A DNA stretch of 64,000 nt from Felis catus. Lineage: Eukaryota. Of this stretch, positions 13,963-25,630 are shown in pieces (within the stretch, counting starts at the first letter, position 1; every line of letters begins with the position of its first letter). The DNA lies in contig NC_058368.1 of assembly GCF_018350175.1 (NCBI RefSeq), positions 230,518,001-230,582,000 on the forward strand. The letters are read 5' to 3'. Made by a program: the position numbers and the translations under genes. Below the pieces are notes generated by a model. The model searched no databases. It was not told the origin of the DNA and worked only from the letters and a program-made list of their open reading frames with translations.

Positions 13963-14525
13963 TCACGAAGCTAAAACCCTGGGTAGTACTTGCCAGCCAT
14001 AGGTGTCTTTTAACTCAGGTACTTCTGGTTCTGCCGTGGGCTTCTCTGCAACAGTGAGCCCTGCTGCATGGCCAACTCCGGAAGGCGGGGATCTGGGCAT
14101 TCTTAACAGGGACAGTGTTCAGTCATCGACAGAAGAGGAGCCTATCCATCTCTCTCTGCTGGCTTACGTTCATGAGGGTGGCTGGGGTGTCAACGCGGAG
14201 GGACCACCGCCCTGAGGACAGCTCAGCCTCAGTGTTCGCTTGCCAGCCCAGTAGGTAGTTGGTCTTTAGGCCACTGAAGCATTCTGTCCCTGCAGCTCTA
14301 CAAAGCAATTACCGAGCCCTCACTGTCCTGATTTATAAAGAGATTGCCTTCCTTGCAAGAAGACAGTAAGGTGCATAGCAGGAATCCAAAAGCAAGACTG
14401 TGCTAATCTTAAAAAAAAAAAGAAGAAGACGAAAAGACAAAATATAAAAAGGGAAATTTATTTCTCTGGAAATCGTTCTGACTTGGCTGTAATGAAGGTG
14501 CCACCTTAAGAAACAAGTAAGCCTA

Positions 14526-14768
14526 GGGGCGCCTGGGTGGCGCAGTCGGTTAAGCGTCTGACTTCAGCCAGGTCACGATCTCGCGGTCCGTGAGTTCCAG
14601 CCCCGCGTCGGGCTCTGGGCTGATGGCTCGGAGCCTGGAGCCTGTTTCCGATTCTGTGTCTCCCTGTCTCTCTGCCCCTCCCCCGTTCATGCTCTGTCTC
14701 TCTCTGTCCCAAAAATAAATAAACGTTGAAAAAAAAAATTTTTTTTTAAATTAAAAAAAAAAAAAAGA
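14526..14768 (+). mobile_element. Young felid SINEC_Fc
   Basis: CpG-rich copy; perfect 18-bp TSD aagaaacaagtaagccta at 14508-14525 and 14769-14786. Confidence 0.97.
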
Positions 14769-14786
14769 AAGAAACAAGTAAGCCTA

Positions 14787-15005
14787 GGGGCGCCGGGGTG
14801 GCTCAGTCATTTAAACGTCAGACTCGTGATTTTGGCTCAGGCTGTGGGATCCCAGCGTTGTGGGATCAAGCCCTGCCTCAGGTTCCACACTGAGTGTGGC
14901 ACCTGCTTGAGATTCTCTCTCTTTCCCTCTGCCCCTCTCCCCCCACTTGTGCTCTCTCTCTTAAAAAAAAAATCAATCAATCAAATTAAAAAGAAACTTA
15001 AAAAG
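14787..15005 (+). mobile_element. Older carnivore SINE directly abutting the previous element's 3' TSD
   Basis: Head ggggcgccggggtggctcagt, diverged body, CT tract, A-rich tail. Confidence 0.9.
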
Positions 15006-15854
15006 AGAAACACATGTGTAAAGAGAAGTCAAGAGCTTTTCAAATAAATTCAGCCTTCTGTTACTTGTACCAAATAAAAATGTACAGAGGTGTGGCTAAT
15101 CTTAATACAGGTGTCCCTCAGTTGTCAAAAGTTTGAATCATGCCACTTTGCTTTTGCAAAAAACCTACACGAGTAGCCGTTTTCACAAACCGAAGGAAAT
15201 CCAAAGAGGACTTTTGCTTTTATGGGGAAAAGGGTGAGAAGCAAAACCTGTGTCCCGCGCTGGTTTTGCAGAGAGCTGGGACAGAGGCAGGGATCCAGAG
15301 CAGCAAGAACGGCCCCGCCCAGCTCCTTCCCTGCGAACCACGGCCAGCGTCCTGGCATCCAGCGCCCAGAACTTCGAACCGCGCCTGTGAGCATCTGGGC
15401 TCTGTCTTCATGTATTTTGTGCGTGTGTTAGCGATGTGCCCTCAGGTTTCAGAAAAGCCTAAGAGAGGAGATTTCAGGGTCTGGGAATCCTCAGAATTGT
15501 TTTCCCGTAAATTAACAATAATTGCTTCTTTGCTTTACACACTTCAGCGTGTGAAAGGTTTCCTAGGAACACCCTACTTTGGCCCAGCACAGGAAACTTG
15601 ACCATTCATACCATTTGGCACTTAGGGTTGGCGTTTCAGATAAGGTTCCAGAAATTCACTTAAGACCCCACTACAGACTTCACTCAAACAGAGCCAGGAC
15701 ATTGCCCATTTCTCTCCCTTAGGATCCCACAAACTCACTATCCCCCCAGGAGAGAATACCAATCGCTCCACTCTCTGTTCACTGGAAGCTGTGAAGACTG
15801 AGGTTTTCAGGAGCCTCTTCCGCAGTAAGAGACCAGCTGAAGTAAAAGGTATAT

Positions 15855-16062
15855 GAGGCGCCTGGGTGGCTCAGTCGGTTGAACATCTGACTCTTGATTT
15901 CAGCTCAGGTCATGAGCTCACGGTTCGCGGGTTTGAGCCCCGCATCTGGCTCTATGCTGACGGGCACGGGTCCTGCTTGGGATTCTCTCCCTCTCCCTCT
16001 GCCCCTCCCCCACTTGCGCTCTCTCTGTCTCAAAAAATAACTTAAAAAAACAAAAAGAAGAA
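15855..16062 (+). mobile_element. CAN-SINE
   Basis: SINE head and tail; TSD gaagtaaaaggtat at 15839-15852 and 16063-16076. Confidence 0.93.
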
Positions 16063-16378
16063 GAAGTAAAAGGTATCCACCAAGCATGAGAGCAGTCTGG
16101 ACCAAGCTGATGCCCACGTGTCTGGTAGATTGTCTCGTGGCTAATCAGATCAGGGATAGGGCAAAACAAGTACTTTTGTCCCCAAAAAAGTGCGTCATCA
16201 CTTCAAAAAGTGCGTCACATCAGTGCTTCTTACGCAGAGGGCTTTTGTCTGCTCCGAGGTAGATAAAACATCTCCTGGCCTTGCATAGTTGAGGGCACGT
16301 GCCTTATATGTCACCCCCTCGCCCCCTCCCCTACACGCATGCCCCAAGGAAGAATTTTTATTTTCTCTTGTGTGTGCG

Positions 16379-16577
16379 TTTTCATGTCTATTTATTTTTG
16401 ACAGACAGAGCATGAGCGAAGGAGGAGCAGAGAGAGAGGGAGACACAGAATCCAAAGCAGGCTCCAGGCTCTGAGCTGTCAGCACAGAGCCCAAGGCGAG
16501 GCATGAACTCAGGAAGCATGAGATCATGACCTGAGCAAAAGTCAGATGCTTAACCAACGGAGCCACCCAGGAGCCCC
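16379..16577 (-). mobile_element. CAN-SINE
   Basis: Antisense body gagacacagaatccaaagcaggctccaggctctgagc...cacccaggagcccc. Confidence 0.92.
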
Positions 16578-16774
16578 TGATTTCCATATATAGGTGGCAT
16601 TTTGGTCTTGGTCGAGACAATACAATTATTTGATCATTGAGAAATAGCTTCTTGAAACTTGCGTGAACCCACTACAGAGAAGCAGTTTTCCAGGAAAAGG
16701 GTGGGGTGTGAAATATATATGGTTGGTGTTGAGAAGAATTTCATTTACCCTTGAGTAAAACAAACTAATGCCCT

Positions 16775-17730
16775 TTCTTGGTTTCCTATGCTGCTGTAAC
16801 AAGTTGCCGCAAACTTAGGGACTGAGGACAACGCCTATTTATTATCCTCCCGTTTCTGTGAGTTAGAAGTCTGACACTAACCTTACCAGTTCAAAACCAC
16901 GGTGTTGTGCTCCTTATTAATGGCTCTTGGGAGAAGATTTTTCCAAGCTTCTTCAGGCTGTGTCCAGGATCGAATTCCTTATGGCTGTGGGACCGAGGTC
17001 CCTGTTTCCTTGCTGGCTATCCGCTGAGAGCTGACAGCCTCTCCCACAACTTAGCATGTGGCCCCCTCTGTCAGAACCAGCAGTGGGGACTTGAAGCCTC
17101 ATGCTTGAGACCCCTCTGACTCTTGCTTCTGTGCCGCTCCGCTGACACCAGCCAGGGAATCCTCCCTGCTCTTCATGCTCATTGGGTCCACAGGGATCAT
17201 TTGGGATATTATAAAGTCCCTAACCGTAATTCCATCTGCAAAGTCCCTTTTTGCATGTAAAGTAACCTAGTCACAGGTTCCAGGCATTAGGACATAAACA
17301 TCTTGGGGGGACGTTATTTGGCCTACCATAGTCCTCCCTCTGGGCCCCAAAGATTCACATCCATCCCACATACGTTCATCCCATCCTAGGGTCTCATCCC
17401 AGGACAGCATCATGTCAAAGTGCTAAAGGTCGACCTAAAATCAGCAGCATCTAAATCAGGTGTCATCCATGAAGTACAGCTCCTGGGGAACGATTCTTCT
17501 CCCCTTGTGGTCCTACGATATCAAAGACATAGGTCATCTTCTCCCAACAAACACTGGTGTGACAGGCATAGGATAATAGAGAGATGCCAGCTCAAGAAGG
17601 GGAGAAATAGAAAATAAAATAGAGTACTGGATCACAGCAGCTTGGGAATCCCGCCCAGCAATCCCCATTAGATTTCAAGGCAAGGGATTTATCTTCTGTC
17701 ATCCTTGGCTCTGCTCTCTGGGTAAGAGGT
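16775..17730 (-). mobile_element. MLT1 LTR (to ~17330) plus adjoining MLT1-internal sequence
   Basis: tttcctatgctgctgtaacaagttgccgcaaactt...ggcctaccata, followed by MaLR-int-like ccctctgggccccaaagattcacatcc. Confidence 0.7.
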
Positions 17731-17835
17731 CCCAAAAAGTCAACACTGGAAACGCCCCTTGAATGAATTCACCAGGCAGGTGAGGGGAGGCTTGCTTTGG
17801 TTCCCTCTTGGTTATTGGCCAAGTGTCACAAATGG

Positions 17836-18036
17836 TTTTAATTTTTTTTTTTAACACTTACGTATTTTTGGGAGAGAGAGAGAGAGAGAGAGAGGAGACG
17901 GGCCACAAAGCAGGCTCCGCACTGTGAGCGCAGAGCCTAATGTGCGGCTAGAACCCATGAACCCTGAGATCATGACCTGAGCCAGAATCAAGAGCCGACG
18001 CTTAACTGATGGAGCCCCCCCCACCACAGGCACCCC
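17836..18036 (-). mobile_element. CAN-SINE
   Basis: Antisense body; TSD tgtcacaaa(t/c)gg at 17824-17835 and 18041-18052. Confidence 0.9.
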
Positions 18037-18637
18037 CAGATGTCACAAACGGCACATTTCTGCAGAGCCACAACAGGCAGGAGAGCCACTGGTGGTACAC
18101 TAACCAGTGTTCAGAGCAGCCTGGCTGGGCTACTGGGCAGCTAGATGTCAAGCAAACAGGACTTAGCACAGGTAATGTGGTTTGGCAAAAGAGCATCAGC
18201 ATGATTCACCTTGGTGAACCGTGAGCCCACCATGGTTTTATTGAACACAAGGGGCTGGCATAGCATACCAGGCTTAGTAAAAATGGAGACGTACACACCA
18301 GAATTGGCATTTGCCACAGACGGCTACCTCTCCCTACAGGTCCTATCCTCTGTTAATGCCAGGAGTGGTGGCCTGGAGACCCCACCTCTGCGTGGTTGTG
18401 CTTGGTTAGCATTTCCACAGTCTGGTCACCTGGAGCCACCCTTAAGCCTGTTATGTGTAGGTTAAGTCTTGCCCTTCAAATTTGAAGGTACATTCCACGA
18501 AATATGCATAAAATGCTTTCTTGATAAGACAACGTTTATCATACTCTGGGTTCTTACTTCTTAAGAACCTATGACTTGCAGCAGCAAATGTTAAGGAAAA
18601 CAATTGATGTCCACATTTATAGAATTACAACCTCAGC

Positions 18638-18874
18638 GGGGTGCCTGGGTGGCTCAGCCAGTTAAGCATCAGACTTAGGCTCAGGTTATGATTTTGCAGT
18701 TTGTGAGTTTGAGTCCCCCATCGGGCTCTGTGCTGATGGCTCAGAGCCTGGAACCTGCTTTGGATTCTGTGTCTCCCTCTCTCTCTGCCCCTCCCCCACT
18801 CGTGCTCTGTGTGTCTCTCCCTCTCTCTGTCTCTCTCTCTCGAAAATAAATAAACATTGAAAGATTAAAAAAAA
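18638..18874 (+). mobile_element. Felid CAN-SINE
   Basis: Perfect 17-bp TSD agaattacaacctcagc at 18621-18637 and 18875-18891. Confidence 0.95.
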
Positions 18875-20113
18875 AGAATTACAACCTCAGCAAAGATTTT
18901 AATTACAACTTAAAGGTGAGTAGTAAAACCTCCATCCAACTCAGCCTATGTTTCTTTTCCAGACACATCTAGGCATTACTTCCAAGGGAGATAGGTTCCC
19001 AAATCCTTCATACCTCTGTTTTCATACCGATGATATCAGATCTAGGCACATCAGATATGTTTCTGCTTGCCTGCTAGATGGAGCTCCCAAGGTCAAGGGC
19101 CAGGTGTTCTTTTTATCCCAAGACATGGCATTAGGTGTGGAGCAGAGTCGATACCCAGTCAAGGTGGGTTAGTTCGTTGCTTTGAACTGATCTATCCGTT
19201 AGCCTTTTTTCTAGTTCCATAGCCTTTCTTCTAGTTCCAAAACCCATAACTCCTCCAAATTTCAGTTCAATGTTACTTATTGCTGTAAAAAATTAAAAAT
19301 AACTTGTATGTGCATTAATAGGGTAATAACTTTTTAGGTTATAAATCATCATATATTTATACACGGAATGCCCAAAGTTGTTCCATGAATAGGGTACATA
19401 GGTAGGTATTACCGTGAAAAGAGGCTATGGTAGGCTTTTAATGCATAAAAGCAAGCAAGGTGCTTTACAAACCACTATGGTAAAAAGCAAAAGCATACCT
19501 ACACAGTTTATTGGTATGAGTAGAAAATAATCTTGAACGATAAATGTCAAATGGTGACAGTGATTTCCTTGGACAGAAGGATGAGGGGGAGAAGAGAGAG
19601 TAAGGATGTTCACTTTTACTGATGTATTTCCCCCAGGGTTTGAATACCTTTACAATAGTTTCAGATTTTTAAAAAAGCAGTAATGAAAATTTTCAAAATG
19701 AGGGTGTCATTGTTGCTAGGAAACCTTCCATTCTACCCTCTGCACACCCCTCATCCTCTCTGCAGGCTTCCAGTACATGTTCCAGGTGGTTCCTGCAGCT
19801 CCCCGCCTAGTGTCTCTCTCCCTCTTGGATGGGGGTCTCTGGGCGACAAGCAGCTAGAACACTTAACATTTCCTTCGTAGACTCCATACCAGGCCCTGAG
19901 CGTTTGGCCATGTCACCACGGGTGATCGGGTGATGCCAGATGCTCCCATCAGCGCACTATGGATGAGCAGACCAAGGCAAGGCATGTGCCTCCACACCTA
20001 GGTAGCCCCAGCTACGAGGCCATGCCAGGGGCACGAAAGGGTCCACCTTTGTTGAAGTTATCAAATGAGAAGAAGGCAACAAGCTGGTCCCTTGTTTTGC
20101 TAAAAGTGTGTGA

Positions 20114-20189
20114 GGGGGCACCTAGGTGGCTCATTCAGTTAAGCGTCCGACTCTTGATTTCAGTTCTCACAGTTCATGGGATCAATGCC
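20114..20189 (+). mobile_element. CAN-SINE 5' fragment without CT tract or tail
   Basis: gggggcacctaggtggctcattcagttaagcgtccgactcttgatttcag, then unrelated sequence. Confidence 0.75.
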
Positions 20190-21767
20190 AAACCCTTCCT
20201 GCAAGCTGGGAGTGAAGAGAGCTATGGCTCAGGGATACCTGATTGTCTCCAGGTGGCAAAATTGTGCCGTTCTCTCCAGCACTCCATGTGTCTGATCAGT
20301 ATTGTCAACAGTCATAAGAAAGCTCATATCTCAAACTTGTTTAGTTATGTTCAGCTGTTGTTGTCTTTTTCTTCCTTCCCAAATTGAGCCTGCTCTGAAT
20401 AATCCAGGATGGGGGTTGTAGTGGCAGGGCACAAGCCACAGTGTAAGAAGCCTGTATTCTTGACGAAGCAGACATCCAATATTGTCCAGTGAGTACAGCG
20501 CACAGAGGTAAATCAGTCACACGAGTGACTGTCCGATGGGAGGGCTGAATGCACGAGTAATAGCCACCTTGCTCTGAGCACCTAGGTTGTGTTGGGCACT
20601 CAGCTGTATGCTGAGCATACAAATGACAGCAACATGCCTTTTACCCTCCAGAAGGTTCCAATGCAGCAGTAAGGTCACAGCCTAAATAATTCTAATACAA
20701 AGTCAGTGGTGATGGTTAAGAGAGATTCAAAGAGCAAAGAGAGTGTAGAGAAGAGAGGGCTCATTTCAAATAGACTAATTGCTAAAAATCTCATCCATTG
20801 GCTTTCTCTGCAGTTTCCCTGTTCATATCCTGACCATCTTGAAGTGGAGGCACATAAAATGAAGTCTTTCATGTGAAATGCTGGTTGCGTTCCTTTTGAA
20901 CGTGCATTACAAGTGCCTCTTTGGATCCTATGAGGGCTCTGTATATTGAATTTGTTTTACATAAGCTCAGTGAGTGATGGAAGCTAAGAGAAACAGCATG
21001 TCAAACAGCACTGAAGAGAGGGGAAATAAAGCAGCTTAACTCGTTACAGTTGAATAACAGAGATTGTAAGAGATTTTGTACCTTTTAATTGTAAGAAATA
21101 AAAAGTTTCGTTTTTATCAATTAGATAAAAAGATTATAGAACCTACTTTAAGCAGAAATCTCCAAATGACATGTCAACTAACAATTCAATCAAGATTATA
21201 AAGATTATTTCTAAGGCATAGCTGTCATGCCATCTTTGTGCTTTTTTACAAATAATCCATCAGTATTTGTTTGAATGTCATGTTTATGCATAGAAATTTG
21301 CTGTACCGGTTTCCCATCAGACGTGAAAATCACCTCGGTCAAGATGGGCAGAAGATGGTTTCCAGTGCAACAGGAGGGTGGAACTTTGTAGGTTGGACAC
21401 TGGCTCATTGTCCCTTCCTTAGGACCATGATTAGTTAATCGCTACACACACAAAATGTTGTTGGTTTTTTAAAAATTTTTAAATAGTGAAGCATGCACGA
21501 TATAGTAGATCTTGTTTTGTGGGGGGAAAGGAGAAACAGGAAACTCTCCTCTCCTCCAGAGTGAAAAGCCAGGGGTACTTTTCTGATGTGTTTCCCTCAT
21601 TTAGGAGTAGTTGCTTAAAAGCCAACTCACCCCCCAGAGGGTTGTAGGACACTGTTACCCATTGATTAAGAGACATGTGCACACCTCATTCTGTTTAAAA
21701 ATATGTATTGAGCATCATCATACCTGAAGACACTGTGGTAACTCCCTCTTCCCCTCCGTATCATAGA

Positions 21768-21840
21768 GGTGTGTTTGTATGTGTGTGTTTACATGTGTGT
21801 TTATATGTGTGTGATTATATGTGTGTGCGTGTGTGTGTGT
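21768..21840. repeat. Degenerate (TG)n microsatellite
   Basis: Direct read of the sequence. Confidence 0.8.
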
Positions 21841-21910
21841 CCCATTCATTTCCCCTTCTCTACAGGGACCCAACTTATTAGTCTTCTCATTTCTCAATAT
21901 CTTACACATT

Positions 21911-22019
21911 TTTTAAAGATTTTATTTGTAAGTAATCTCTACACCCAACGTGGGGTTCAAACTCACAACCCCAAGATCAAGAGTGGCAGACTTTACTGAC
22001 TGAGCCAGCCAGGCACCCC
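21911..22019 (-). mobile_element. Short tRNA-Lys-derived carnivore SINE without CT tract
   Basis: Reverse strand reads ggggtgcctggctggctcagtcagtaaag...gttgggtgtagagattactta plus A tail; degenerate TSD caatatc(t/c)ta(c/t)acatt at 21895-21910 and 22021-22036. Confidence 0.85.
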
Positions 22020-23344
22020 ACAATATCCTATACATTCTAATATAGCAGCCAGTTAGTAAGTTTTTTTTTTTTTAATTTTGGATGAGAGTGGACTAGAATC
22101 AAAGAAAAACAAGAATAAAGGGTACTTCTTAGATTAATATTCACAACTATAATGTTGACCAATTGATAATTCATGATCTTTCCCAGGTTGCCCTGTCTCT
22201 GTTCATTGATTACCACTGAAAATAGGCTGATCATTACGAAGTGTATTTGTGAATGAGGAGGCAATCTGCCCTCACCATAAAGCTACTCAAGGGCAAGACT
22301 GAGCATTCATTGGAAGAGGGCAGAAGACTTCAGACTAGGGTGGACAGAGCTTCCCTCAGGCACTTTCAAGACTACATTCCATCGTTCTCTCTTTGGAAGA
22401 ACAACCTCTTCAGAGTATAGGTGCAAGATTTAAAACACACAGGCACACTGCCATCCAGCATTCTTCTGGCCAAAGAGGTCTGATTGGGATTTTTGACAAG
22501 CCTATTACTCTAACAGCCTCAAAGCCTGACCTGGTGAAAACCATTTCAAGGAGGGATGGTCTAAAACTGCTCTGTCACAAAGGCCGTCCTTCTCGTTTAG
22601 AGTAATACCAGCAAAGCTCTCACCACTTCTTCCTGCAGAAATTTTGGCTCTTCCTCCCTCTCCGAGATCCTGTCAGAAGTGAGGGTTGGCCACCCCAAGG
22701 GGGAGTCCTGACACTTCACCTAAAAATGCTGTCACTATTTGCCTAGTTATATTATCGGAGGAACTGAGAAATTTTGTTTATATTTTAAGATGAGCAAATG
22801 CCAAAAATACTAATTTGAATTGAATAACCTTTCCCAGTCTTAGATTAAAATGCGGAGAGATCCTCCGCATTTAAACACATTAAACACATCCTCCAGAACC
22901 TTCTAGATATCGAAGAAAACATTTATGTTCAATAGCATTTTAGCCGTTAGCATTTTAGTGTCAGCCCTATTTTATTTTCGTTCCTAAAAAAAAGTAGTAT
23001 ATCCATGTTGTGCATCAAGCCTGAAGGCCTTGCCTTCCTCTCCTCATGGACTGGGTTCAATCCCAGCCCCTCCACTAACTCCTCCCGCTGTGGCCTTGGG
23101 CAGCTCTCTCAGTGTTCTCATCTGTAAAACAGAATGAAAAGTAACCTTGAAGGACATTTTGAAAATGAAATGGGAATGCCTGCGTCAGTTACAACGTGGG
23201 CATGAGATTCATCCTATTCGGTGCCTCCTGCGGGCTCTGTCCAGGGCCACAGATTCTTGGGATGTGCCATGTGGCAGCCATCAGCAGTCAGCAGAGAGGG
23301 TGCCCTTCCCAACCAGACCCTCTCTCTAGAGCCAGAGTCAGCGC

Positions 23345-23465
23345 GGTGGTTCTCAACTTTGGCGTCACCAAATAGGAAGTTATCTGATGCCACCCAAGAC
23401 TCCAGAGTGGGGCCCAACAGTCTCCTCCGGGTGATTCTGATATTAGCCGAGTTTGAGAGTCACTG
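23345..23465. mobile_element. MER5A-like hAT-Charlie MITE fragment
   Basis: gtggttctcaactttggc...gggtgattctgat...agtttgagagtcactg. Confidence 0.6.
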
Positions 23466-24263
23466 GCCTACTGGGATCATTCTCGAGAGATCACTCTTCC
23501 CATGGTCGCTAAATTCCCTCAGTTCCTTTATACCTTCCCTTAACTCACCTCCAGCATCCCTCCAACAGGCTGTGTTGTCCATGACTTGCCACAGAAGTTC
23601 TCTGCCTGAACCAAATCCTAACCAGGGGTAGGAGAGGAAGAATGTACTCTCAGGTGGTGGAGTCACTAAAAGCACCTCAAAGATTCACCCTTGACTGAGC
23701 TTTTCTCATGTCTTTTGTAGAAGTGGAAGCTCTCACTGCTTCCCAGCTGCCTGTTCCCTGACCATCCACCCCTTCTGTTGGCTTAAGCTCAGCTTGTGCT
23801 GGTACAGGAAGGAACTTGGGCCACGCCTGCCCATAAAAGGTGCCCATGAGCATCCCGGTGATTAAATTTTCACAGAACCCCCTACCTATGCGCCTAGAAT
23901 AAATTTCTAGAAGTTTACTTCTGGTAGGGCCAACGTAGGTATATTTTTGAAGCAGGTGAAATTAGAGCTCTAAAATATTTCAGTAAGTCGGAAGCTCCAT
24001 CTTTGAAAAACGCTCTCGCAAATTTCTCAAAGAAGAGGCCTTTGAATCACAGAGCTTGATTCCCTTGTCAGCTGTCAGTGAAGTCAACCTTAAAGACTTT
24101 CCAAGAGCCCCCATTCTCCGCGGCCACGGGACCCTCACAGATGACATGTTCAGAACTCTGAGTTTCCTTTGCACAAGTTACGATGCAGATACCTATGACT
24201 TACCCAGTTCTACGATGTATTTGTGGAAACCATGCCTACTGTTTAAAACCGTGTTCTCGGTAA

Positions 24264-24482
<219 letters not shown>

Positions 24483-24892
24483 TAAACATCTTAGTCAATA
24501 AAGATGCCCAAGGGACTAAGCAACGGCTAACAACAACGGAGAGCTAATGCTGTGCCTAATACCTTCACTCTGAAATCTATCGTGGTCTCCCCGTAGGACT
24601 CCTACATTTTCTTGATGGCTTCTAATAATCCTAGCCTAGAACTAGACACCTAAGTCTCAATAACGAATAAATAAAAAATGTGGATTGTTTTAAGTTACTC
24701 AGACCGGATAAGTGTATCAACTTTTCCATGCTACATTACCCACAAGCTTCCAGTTTTATTTTTTTTGAAATCTGCTTTTAAAAGAAAGAGACCTATTAAA
24801 ACTACCTGAGCTTCGAATAACTCTATATTCTTAGCAGTTAGCTTTTTACAAATGTTAGTTGTTCAAATGCCATTTTAAAAGTACCTGATGAA

Positions 24893-25121
24893 GGGGCACC
24901 TGGGTGGCTCAGCTGGTTAAGTGTCAGACTGTGGCTCAGGTCCTGATCTCCTGGTTTGTGGGTTCGAGCCCCATGTCAGGCTCTGTGCTGACGGCTCAGA
25001 GCCTGGAGCCTGCTTCAGATTCTGTGTCTCCCTCTCTTTTTGCCCCGCCCCCTCCCCACACCCACTCTGTCTCTCTCTCTCTCTCAAACATAAACATTAA
25101 AAATTTTTTTAAATTTTTAAA
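24893..25121 (+). mobile_element. Felid CAN-SINE
   Basis: SINE head and tail; degenerate TSD aaaagtacctgatgaa / aaaagtgcccaatgaa. Confidence 0.93.
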
Positions 25122-25447
25122 AAAGTGCCCAATGAAGGCAAGTAACTGCTTTAAAAATGCTAAATAAACGAGGCTGGTGATATGTGAATCATCAGAGTCT
25201 CTTCAGTGTTTGAGTTCACAAACCAAAATAGAGTCAGGTGGGCTTTTCCAGTGTTGGAGGTATTTTGTTTCACCTCAGTTTGTCTTTTGATTAGTTTCGA
25301 TTCATTCTGAATGTAAAACTGTAAAGTAATAATGTCCTGATGTAAACACAGACTCTAATGATGCTTTTAAAGTAGTCCGTGTGACAACTGTAAACACAGA
25401 CTCTACTGATGAGTCCATGTGACAAATGCGAGACCGTAACGAGAACT

Positions 25448-25630
25448 TCTCTAGAGCCACACCATGGACATTTGGGGCTGGATAATTCAGTGTTTGGGGG
25501 CCACCCCGTGCATTGTAGGATGTTGAGCAGCATTCCTGGGCTCTACCCCCTAGATGCCAGCAGCTTCATAGCTGGGACAAACCAAAATGTCCCCAAGATA
25601 TTGCCAGATGTCCCACAGAGGGAGCAAAAT
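25448..25630 (+). mobile_element. MER20 DNA transposon remnant
   Basis: gacatttggggctggataattc...gtgcattgtaggatgttgagcagcattcctgg...attgccagatgtccc. Confidence 0.8.

Noticed and set aside
21911..22019. Possible tRNA-Lys gene
   Set aside because: It has a poly-A tail and TSDs and is degenerate, so it is a tRNA-derived SINE and not a functional tRNA.
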